Source of the DNA: an uncultured Gammaproteobacteria bacterium
Lineage (GTDB): Bacteria > Patescibacteriota > Patescibacteriia > JACQRZ01
Direction: 5' to 3'
Assembly (NCBI GenBank): GCA_964621085.1
Contig: CAZUKY010000004.1
Span: forward strand, 1,266-65,265
Length of the DNA stretch: 64,000 nucleotides
The position numbers and the translations under genes are program-made. This document shows positions 20,446-27,608 of this stretch, piece after piece; within the stretch, counting starts at the first letter, position 1, and each line of letters begins with the position of its first letter. The notes under the pieces are model-generated. The model had not been told where the DNA came from. It searched no databases and saw only the letters and a list, made by a program, of their open reading frames with translations.

Positions 20446-21936
20446 CTACTTTTTCGCGGCGCGCGCCTCACGCCTGCGCTGCCGGCGTTTTTCTACCTTT
20501 GTTCGCGCGGCGTAGGCGCGAAGAAACTCTTCAACCTCGCGAATCTCGTCGTCGCACAGCACAAATCCATCCAGGCTAATCTCGACCTCGGTCGTGTCAG
20601 TGCTCTTGAACGGCCAATCCAGCGGATACAGACCGAACTTTTCCCGAAGGTGCTTGTAGATGACGATGATCAGCTTTTCGACGAACCATGCGGCAATATC
20701 GGCATGCCGGCGGTCGTTGTCGAAGTCGAACTTCGGATACAGCCCGAGGAGGTACTCGAAGAACTCTTTCGGGGTTCGCGCCACAAACGGCGACTTGATC
20801 AGTCCGTTCGGCTGCGGCGTAAAGGCGTTCTGTCCCATCTGCTTCGCGAGATAGAAAAGCTTTGCCGCGAGCAACCCAAGATCAGCGCGTTTGACCCACT
20901 TGCGCAGCGGAACAAGCCAGAAGATCAGGAGATGCAAATCGAAGTTGTATCTCCGCAAATACGTCCGGAACGCCTTGCCCTCGGCCACTGATTTCAGGAT
21001 CCGATGACTTGCCCGCGGGGTGAGGTACTCCAGCCCATTGCAGTAAAACTTATCAGTGCCATAGAGCGTGCGATTGCGCGCATTCGAACGAATCGTTCCG
21101 TTAAGGCATGCTTGAAACGCAGCGGCTGTGTAATAGAGCCTGTCCTGCGTCAAGAGCGCCTGATTCATGTCCGAGTCCCGCGTTGGAAAGTATCGATCGA
21201 ATCCATCGAATATCCCCGCGGCGTGATTCAGTCGGAAGTCCTTGCGCCGCTCGATCCCGTCGACATCAACACGGCATGACCGTGCGACCTTCCACTTCGT
21301 CTCCTCGTCGACTTCCGCGCCGACGACTGCGTCGAAGTCAGCAAACGGAAGCTCCGCATCGAGAAGCCGGCGATCGAATTCCTTTGGAAACCGCCGCGCC
21401 ACCAGACGCTTCAAGACGTACCGAGAGCCGCCACCCTTGAGCGCGTACGCGTCTCGCGAAATGCCAAGGCGCTTTGATGGCCAACGAACGCCGTTTGCCT
21501 TCAGGTCTGCCCGCATCTCGTCATCAAGCTCGAAGACTTCCCAGTCGACCGGATCGCCCTTGTCCTCGGCGATGAAGTTCTCCGAGGTCATCTTTATCAC
21601 ATCCATGGTCCACTGAGAGACCGTCTCCTCATTTGCGGTACGGAAGTCGATGTCGTCAGCGCAATACTGATTGAAGACATCCTGCGCGACGACGAGTCCG
21701 GCCGCCTTGATCTCTACGATCACCGGCTCCGGAAGACGTTTCTCGGGATCGCTCTCCAGGACCGTTTTCTTCAATTCTTGAAAAAGGACGATAAAGAGTC
21801 TCCGGGGGTCTTTTGTGTCGCGAAGCGTCGTAACTAGTCGTTCGCGAAATTCCTGGAAGTTTGCTGACACCCTCTCTGCTTCACTCGGATCGAGCGTCAG
21901 CAACATGTTCTGGTCGGGCGTCTTTGTTTCTGACAC
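20446..21936 (-). CDS. Hypothetical 496-aa protein with a basic C-terminal tail. A possible G[GS]…DxD nucleotidyltransferase-like patch is uncertain.
   Basis: The promoter TTGACC-N17-TATACT lies at 21993-22021 and the ORF has a GTG start. It contains LKGGGSRYV…DFDAVVGAEVD. I recognise no known family. Confidence 0.55.
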   Translation of the reverse strand: MSETKTPDQNMLLTLDPSEAERVSANFQEFRERLVTTLRDTKDPRRLFIVLFQELKKTVLESDPEKRLPEPVIVEIKAAGLVVAQDVFNQYCADDIDFRTANEETVSQWTMDVIKMTSENFIAEDKGDPVDWEVFELDDEMRADLKANGVRWPSKRLGISRDAYALKGGGSRYVLKRLVARRFPKEFDRRLLDAELPFADFDAVVGAEVDEETKWKVARSCRVDVDGIERRKDFRLNHAAGIFDGFDRYFPTRDSDMNQALLTQDRLYYTAAAFQACLNGTIRSNARNRTLYGTDKFYCNGLEYLTPRASHRILKSVAEGKAFRTYLRRYNFDLHLLIFWLVPLRKWVKRADLGLLAAKLFYLAKQMGQNAFTPQPNGLIKSPFVARTPKEFFEYLLGLYPKFDFDNDRRHADIAAWFVEKLIIVIYKHLREKFGLYPLDWPFKSTDTTEVEISLDGFVLCDDEIREVEEFLRAYAARTKVEKRRQRRREARAAKK

Positions 21937-21992
21937 TCCTCTTCCCTCTTTCTGTGTCTATGCGGGACCCGTATGCCATCAGAAGGCGCTTG

Positions 21993-22021
21993 CAGTATAG
22001 GGAAATCGGTATTAATGGTCA
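21993..22021 (-). promoter_or_regulatory. Promoter of the 496-aa gene (TTGACC-N17-TATACT)
   Basis: Read on the minus strand. Confidence 0.5.
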
Positions 22022-22111
22022 AGGTATGTCTTTTGCAATATTGACGATTCGCAGTATGTATGAGAACGTGTGCGAGGCCATGGCCGAAAGAGAGGATACA
22101 GGCGGTGAAAA

Positions 22112-22632
22112 AATTGCCAACAAGCGGAGCCAACGCCGGCCTCTACGGCGAAATCTGGCTCCCAATGGCTCTGAGGAATGCTCGGTTCAACTGGTTTGAC
22201 ATAACAAAGACCGGCGATGTTCCGTCAGGCAATAGCGTCAGTAAGGCAAGTGACTTCCAGGATCATTTTCTTGCGACAGATCACTGGATCTGCGTGGAAT
22301 CGATCGCAACCCAACTCTTTCCAATCCAACTTCTGACATCGAGCGATGACAGGAAGATGCACTCGAAAAAAAAGCGACTTGCCTTCCGTCGCGGTGTCGT
22401 TTTTTTACGGCTTGACGGAGAGACGCTATATGCGGCAAGCCGCACCAACTACGATGTGCAGGCAGTTGAAGCGATCTGTCGGCGGGTCGAGAGTGTGATA
22501 CGGGACGCAGCCGCCGATCCCGGAAAATACATTACGCTCGAGCGAGCACGAGCGATCGAGGAGCGCTGGAAAGCGCTTTCGCGCGCCCAGCGAAAGGCAC
22601 TGTCTTTGCGAGATATCTATCTCCTCCCCTAA
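22112..22632 (+). CDS. Hypothetical protein. The ORF track gives 22060-22632; a GTG at 22112 has a better SD.
   Basis: About 173 aa, followed by a clean terminator at 22634-22665. Confidence 0.45.
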
Positions 22633-22633
22633 C

Positions 22634-22665
22634 CCCCGGCGCCACCGCTCCGGGGTTGATTTTTT
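22634..22665 (+). terminator. Rho-independent terminator
   Basis: ccccgg-N10-ccgggg followed by ttgatttttt. Confidence 0.6.
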
Positions 22666-22713
22666 ATAATGAGTTATTCTCGTCCTTACCACTGTCGTGT
22701 CCGCAAGATACGG

Positions 22714-22742
22714 TTGACATTGCCGCCTCTCCATCGTATACT
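22714..22742 (+). promoter_or_regulatory. Consensus sigma70-type promoter TTGACA-N17-TATACT
   Basis: ttgacattgccgcctctccatcgtatact. It drives the HTH gene. Confidence 0.6.
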
Positions 22743-22756
22743 CGTCCCGTCGCACC

Positions 22757-23940
22757 TTGACTTATTGTCACGAGGAGAGCTTGGAATTGCCTCGCATCAG
22801 ACGAAATCCACCGGATATCACTGCCACACTCAACGCGCGTCACGCGTCTTCCGAAGTGCCGCTCCATCGGAACAAGGCATGGCTTGAAGATATGCTCGCC
22901 CATGGCTATACGAACCAGGAAATGGCGCGGCAAGCCATGGTCGATCCGACAACGATGCCCACCAAATCGAAATAAACGGCATTCGCGACTCGCTTGAGAG
23001 AGCCAGATGCGAAATCGGAAAGTGGCTAGACAGCGCCGCACTTCTCTCTCTCATCATTTCAGAGGAAGAGTGGCGCACGCTCCGACTCTATTACGGGGAT
23101 GGCTCCACGGAATCATTTCACGACCTATCAGAAATAGCAGCTATCATCGGATATTCGCCGCAGAATATTCTTAAACTGCTCCACAAAGGTACGTGGCACG
23201 CTTGGATCGCGCATACGAACGGTCTTATTCCGCATGTGCCGCCGGCACTTCCTATACGTATCAAGGCTCTTGAAACGCAATACCTAAGCAAGGACACACT
23301 GGAAAAGGCGGTTACAGGTCAAAGTGCGTTTCTAAAGTACTATGAAAACCGCGGCATACCGCGCCGCGTCATGATCGACGCACTGAAAAAGCATGGCCTT
23401 GACCACCGCATCTCCTACGAGGAACTGGAGCTGTTGAGTATTCGTCAATGCCGTGTGATCGGCGAGTGGATTACAGCGCGTCGCGACGCGATCCGATCCG
23501 CGATTGAAACGTACGGCGAACCGGAGTGGAACGAACTTCTGATTCGTTTTTTCGGAGACGGATCGCGAAAATCACTCTCCCTCATCAACAACATTACGAA
23601 CTCTCAGAAAGGTCAGGTACTTTCACGAAAACGAATTATCAGAGCGTTGTGGATTGTCTGGTTGACCGGCAAATCGGATGATATGTGTCCTGAAATTTCG
23701 CGCATCGTCCGCGACATGACACGACGCTACTGCCGCGAGGATGTTCTGAACGAGTGCTGGGACTCAAGCGGCATCACTGCTCTCTCACATCGACTCGGAA
23801 TCCCGCAGGAAGTCATTCGATTTTGGATCCGCCTCCTCAATGTGGAACAGGATTCGCGTACGCGTCCTCGCGAAAGCCCTCTGGGCGCTCTCGTACGAAA
23901 GAAAGAAAAGGAACTTGCTTCCTATGTCACCGCGCAATGA
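22757..23940 (+). pseudogene. Multi-HTH regulatory protein (one segment is sigma-70 region-4-like) whose reading frame is split by a -1 frameshift around 22930-22975
   Basis: Frame A (22757-22975) ends …MVDPTTMPTKSK*. Frame A+2 is open from about 22885 to 23940 with no ATG/GTG/TTG before 23236. It encodes …LSLIISEEEWRTLRLYYGDGSTESFHDLSEIAAIIGYSPQNILKLLHKG (sigma region-4-like HTH) and later GITALSHRLGIPQEVIRFWIRLL. A probable TTG start is near 22787 with a GAGGAGAG SD. Confidence 0.4.
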
Positions 23941-24295
23941 ACATCCCCCGATGTCATTCGAGGAGGCGGCGTCAATACTCGGACAGTGCACGCGGCGAGA
24001 ACATGTTGCCGCACCCTTTGCGGACGACCGCACGATGCGGTGGGAAAATCATTATGGAGTTCTCATCGCTGACGGATACAAAAGCAAAATCTACAAAAAA
24101 GGAGAGCGGCCCCGCGGCGAGTTTGATCGCGTTACAATCTATCGGAACGAACGATCGCAGGCGCTCGGAACGCCTGCAATCCGCGCGGAATTTTTTGCGG
24201 ATGACGCACGCAAACTCTTTGAGTGCGGCACCGCGATGCGACATATTAGAAAGAGGACTCCTGATCAGGAGTCCTCTCGCCTGGCCCCAGACTGA
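23924..24295 (+). CDS. Hypothetical protein
   Basis: About 123 aa from ATG 23924 (MSPRNEHPPMSFEEAASILGQ…). It overlaps the end of the previous frame and is followed by a double hairpin. Confidence 0.4.
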   Translation: MSPRNEHPPMSFEEAASILGQCTRREHVAAPFADDRTMRWENHYGVLIADGYKSKIYKKGERPRGEFDRVTIYRNERSQALGTPAIRAEFFADDARKLFECGTAMRHIRKRTPDQESSRLAPD

Positions 24296-24318
24296 TCACT
24301 TCGGTCAGGGGCTTTTAT
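24254..24318 (+). terminator. Double hairpin: a perfect palindrome aggactcctgatcaggagtcct, then gcccc-agaCTGATCACTTCGGTCa-ggggc followed by ttttat
   Basis: The second loop shares the motif CTGATCAC(C)TTCGGTC with the terminator at 24729-24797. Confidence 0.5.
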
Positions 24319-24337
24319 GATCATGCCCATCCGCAAC

Positions 24338-24366
24338 TTGACATGCGCGCATACTATGATAGTCTT
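24338..24366 (+). promoter_or_regulatory. Candidate promoter TTGACA-N16-TAGTCT
   Basis: Upstream of the 24426 ORF. The -10 element is weak. Confidence 0.3.
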
Positions 24367-24425
24367 TGTCGCATGTCGTACCTTATTTGCGGCTTGGAAC
24401 GCAGTCCCGATCTTGAAGGAGAACC

Positions 24426-24713
24426 ATGGAACCAGTCCCGCCCCCTTCTGAACTCACTCGCCTTCTCAAGGCGGCTGTGCAGGCCTCTCGTTTCCTCTAT
24501 CCTGACCCCCGCAATGTCACCGAGGAATCGGTCAAGCGGTGGCTGTCAGAAATGTCGAACGAGCAGGCATACGACTTCTGGAAAAGCGACCGCCAGACAG
24601 CCTGTGATCTGTGTGTGATGGCGAGATACCCCATCGCCGCCTTCAAGCAGAAGGTGGAAACCCACGAGTTCCACCTGCAGCGCTTCGCGGCGCACCAGAA
24701 AACGGTCTCCTGA
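24426..24713 (+). CDS. Small hypothetical protein (95 aa), a paralogue of 24904-25254
   Basis: GGAG SD 7 nt before the ATG. It shares the motif [WY]L[SN][ED][ML]S[NP]EQA…D…[CA]…[AM][AG]RY with the next gene. Confidence 0.5.
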   Translation: MEPVPPPSELTRLLKAAVQASRFLYPDPRNVTEESVKRWLSEMSNEQAYDFWKSDRQTACDLCVMARYPIAAFKQKVETHEFHLQRFAAHQKTVS

Positions 24714-24728
24714 CGAACTGCGACCGTC

Positions 24729-24797
24729 TCGTGCCAGACACGAGCCGCACCATCCCCATGTCCCGGGCTGATCACCTTCGGTCCGGGGCATTTCTTT
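24729..24797 (+). terminator. Double hairpin: ctcgtg-ccagaca-cgag, then tgtcccgg-gCTGATCACCTTCGGTc-ccggggca followed by tttctttt
   Basis: It has the same loop motif as 24291-24307. Confidence 0.5.
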
Positions 24798-24811
24798 TCC
24801 ACAGAAGTGTC

Positions 24812-24840
24812 TTGACACGAGTTTACAGATGAGGTATACT
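24812..24840 (+). promoter_or_regulatory. Consensus promoter TTGACA-N17-TATACT
   Basis: ttgacacgagtttacagatgaggtatact. Confidence 0.6.
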
Positions 24841-24903
24841 CTATCTCATCTTCGCACACCGCACTCGCGCTCCGGCGCAGGTGCATGATTTGAGGTAAAG
24901 TGA

Positions 24904-25254
24904 GTGTCGACTGGCTCCTTGAACATCCTCCATCGCACCCCTACTACCCCTACTCGGCGCACATCAATTGCTCCCGAGGACCGCAGCGACTTGATCGCCG
25001 CAGTAGTGGAGATCACTGGCGTACATTTCCGCGGCAACACCACGCGACCGAAGGACATCCGCTCCTATCTCAATGACCTTTCCCCTGAGCAGGCCATGCA
25101 GCTCGCTGAGAAAGATGACATTCTCTTCAGGATCTGCGCCGCCGGCCGCTACGATGCTGCCAAGATCATCTCGCGCGCCGCCGTGTACAAGGCAAAGCAC
25201 GCGGTCACCAAGAAGCAACTCGAGGAGCTGGGCAAGGAGATGGCCACCGCCTAG
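24904..25254 (+). CDS. Small hypothetical protein (about 116 aa, start uncertain), a paralogue of 24426-24713
   Basis: GC-rich, followed by a terminator at 25335-25372. Confidence 0.5.
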   Translation: MSTGSLNILHRTPTTPTRRTSIAPEDRSDLIAAVVEITGVHFRGNTTRPKDIRSYLNDLSPEQAMQLAEKDDILFRICAAGRYDAAKIISRAAVYKAKHAVTKKQLEELGKEMATA

Positions 25255-25334
25255 CGAAGGATCGCAAAGTTCCGCAGAGGTGTGCCGACCTTCCAATCGG
25301 ACATCTGCGGAAATCCTGCTCAGGATGAGTGGGA

Positions 25335-25372
25335 GAGGCCCTCGGCCAGAAACTGGGGGCCTTCTTTTTTTA
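25335..25372 (+). terminator. Rho-independent terminator
   Basis: gaggccc-N15-gggcctt followed by cttttttttaaag. Confidence 0.55.
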
Positions 25373-25548
25373 AAGAGCTCATCTCAAAATTCTCTTCCAG
25401 GCCGTTTCCAGTGCCATTTCGAACGAAAACAATGAAGCCTGAGGAGATGAATACGTGCTATTCATCGACGAGGGGTGAATTGTTTGCAGCCGAAATGGCG
25501 CGGAAACGGGTCGGAAGAAGCGTGAGCGGAATTTTGAGATGAGCTCTA

Positions 25549-27117
25549 CTATCTTCGTCCACTTCTCCGCTTTCTCTGAAAACTGACCGCAAACCGGTGT
25601 GCCTCATCGCGGATAGCGCGCAGAAGCTGCAGGGCCGAACTTTTCTGAGGAAGACGCAGCGGTGTGCGCACCCACGGCACGTAGATTTCCTCGAGACGTT
25701 TGGCAAGGCCGATGGCCGGCACAGCGAGCGAGAGACGACTTAAGGCGCGCATGGCGCTGTTGAGCTGGCCGCGGCCGCCGTCAATGACCAAAAGATCGGG
25801 CGCGTCTTCCTTCCCATCAAGGATCCGTGTCCCGTACCGTGTTACGATCTCGGCGATCATTGCGGTGTCATTGCTTCCCTCGACTGTTTTTCCGATGAAC
25901 TTCCGGTAGGCGCTCTTTTTCGGCTGGCCGTTTGCAAATACGACAAGGGAGCCGACATTTTGCGTTCCCGCCAGATGCGAGATATCGATGCACGCGATCG
26001 TGCGCGGCACTGTCTTTAAGCGAATAACGCGCTGAAGTTCGGAGAGCCGCCCTCCCCCGTCGCCGAGTTTCGCAGCAATGTTTTTACGCACGAGCTCGAT
26101 CAGCTTTTTTTTGATGCCTTTTTGCGGCACCGTAATAATGACGCTTCGCCCTGCAATATGAGTCAGATAGTCTTGTAAGGCAGATTGATCGGGAATTTTT
26201 TCAGGAATGACGACCTCATGGGGAATCTTTCCGGCACCGGAGTAATAGCGATGAATAAAATCGGCAAGCGCTTCGGTGCCGGACGCAACGAGCAGCTCGT
26301 CCAAATCAAATGAAAATTCTTTCCGACCGGAAATGATTCCGCGGTCAAAATGGAACAGCTCGACAAGTATCTCGCCGTCGGATCGCCCGTACGCGATCAC
26401 ATCCTGGTCGGTTCGCTTCGGTGCGGAAACTTTTTGCTCGTCAAGGAGGCGCAAGGCGGATAACTGGTCGCGATAGATTTTTGCCGCCTCGAAACGCTGC
26501 TGGGCGGCCGCCTCCTTCATCATTGTTTCAACATTACGCATCACGCTTTCGTAGTCGCCCTTGATAAATTTTTCCGCCTGGCGAATCTGCTCCAGATATT
26601 CACCCTGCGAGATAACGCCAATGCATGCCCCGCTGCAAAGGTTGAGATGATAGCGCGAGCAGGGACGTCCCTTTTGTTTTGAAGTACAGAAACGGAAAAT
26701 GCGATTGATGTTCTTCAGAATCGCGTTGCGCGCCGCGGCCGACGGGAAGGGACCATAATGCTTGGCGCCAGACGAAATCTTTCGTGCAATCACAAACCGC
26801 GGATACGGTTCTTTTGTCAGGGTAATATAGGCATACCGACCGGTTGACTGCAGATCGATGTTGTATTTTGGATGATATTTCCCGATTAGCTGCGCCTCAA
26901 GGATGAGCGCCTCTACCTCAGTATCGGTTACGATCGTCTCGATATCTGCGATGTTGGCAACAAGCGCTTGCGTTTTGAAATCCCGCGACTGCGGATAGGA
27001 GCTCACGCGTTTGCGGATGTTCTTTGCCTTGCCGACATAAATCACGGTGTCTTCTGCATTTTTCATGAGGTAGCACCCCGGGTGCGTTGGCAGTTTTTTG
27101 ATGAGTGAGTTGTCCAC
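25549..27117 (-). CDS. uvrC: Excinuclease ABC subunit C
   Basis: GIY-YIG N-terminus (GCYLMKNAEDTVIYVGKAKNIRKR). The ORF-track N-terminal extension to 27516 is an artefact of the antisense open frame. The likely start is GTG 27117 or ATG 27066. Confidence 0.85.
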   Translation of the reverse strand: MDNSLIKKLPTHPGCYLMKNAEDTVIYVGKAKNIRKRVSSYPQSRDFKTQALVANIADIETIVTDTEVEALILEAQLIGKYHPKYNIDLQSTGRYAYITLTKEPYPRFVIARKISSGAKHYGPFPSAAARNAILKNINRIFRFCTSKQKGRPCSRYHLNLCSGACIGVISQGEYLEQIRQAEKFIKGDYESVMRNVETMMKEAAAQQRFEAAKIYRDQLSALRLLDEQKVSAPKRTDQDVIAYGRSDGEILVELFHFDRGIISGRKEFSFDLDELLVASGTEALADFIHRYYSGAGKIPHEVVIPEKIPDQSALQDYLTHIAGRSVIITVPQKGIKKKLIELVRKNIAAKLGDGGGRLSELQRVIRLKTVPRTIACIDISHLAGTQNVGSLVVFANGQPKKSAYRKFIGKTVEGSNDTAMIAEIVTRYGTRILDGKEDAPDLLVIDGGRGQLNSAMRALSRLSLAVPAIGLAKRLEEIYVPWVRTPLRLPQKSSALQLLRAIRDEAHRFAVSFQRKRRSGRR

Positions 27118-27124
27118 AATCGTA

Positions 27125-27153
27125 TTGACAATTTTTCGAAAAAATCGTAGTAT
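27125..27153 (+). promoter_or_regulatory. Promoter TTGACA-N17-TAGTAT
   Basis: Upstream of the 27208 ORF, with an AGGAGAG SD. Confidence 0.45.
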
Positions 27154-27207
27154 GATCGAATCGTTCTTCCCGCGTTTTTTGTTGTAGCAAAGGAGAGATT
27201 CAGGCTC

Positions 27208-27507
27208 ATGACCGCCGATCCCCGTCTCGAACCCCCGAAAGCTGTCGCCACCACTGCTCCCTTCCCTCCGAAGGGACCGCATACCACCCAGCCCAATGAC
27301 TACCGCCTGCCCCAGCCGACCATCTCGCCCGACGAAGACTCGTTCGGGCAGCGACTCGCAAAGCTCGTCAAGGAGGAGTGGAATGCCATCCCGGCAGTCC
27401 AAGGCATCAAGCGACTCTGGGAGGTAAATCCATGGGGCGTGATCGGCATTGCCATCATCCTGACGATGGCCATAGTCGCTATCATCGGCTCCCTGCCCCC
27501 CAACTAG
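27208..27507 (+). CDS. Small Pro-rich protein with a C-terminal TM anchor (99 aa), GC-rich
   Basis: MTADPRLEPPKAVATTAPFPPKGPHTTQPNDYRLPQP…GVIGIAIILTMAIVAIIGSLPPN, with promoter, SD and terminator. Confidence 0.5.
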   Translation: MTADPRLEPPKAVATTAPFPPKGPHTTQPNDYRLPQPTISPDEDSFGQRLAKLVKEEWNAIPAVQGIKRLWEVNPWGVIGIAIILTMAIVAIIGSLPPN

Positions 27508-27525
27508 CACCAACATGAACGCGCC

Positions 27526-27563
27526 CGACCGCCTTCCTACCGGAGGGCGGTCGTTCTCATTTT
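27526..27563 (+). terminator. Rho-independent terminator
   Basis: gaccgcc-N13-ggcggtc followed by gttctcatttt. Confidence 0.5.
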
Positions 27564-27608
27564 GAGTCTATAGAGAAATAATCTTCTTGGTCATTTCTCT
27601 ATAGACTC
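27562..27608. repeat. Perfect 16-bp inverted repeat (gagtctatagagaaat … atttctctatagactc). One arm is the last codons of uvrA.
   Basis: Read directly from the sequence. It is a 13-nt loop hairpin straddling the uvrA stop codon. Confidence 0.6.

Noticed and set aside
25549-27516. 655-aa version of uvrC with a 130-aa N-terminal extension
   Set aside because: The extension is Gly/Arg-rich and antisense to the 27208 ORF. The UvrC GIY-YIG N-terminus aligns to an internal start (GTG 27117 or ATG 27066).
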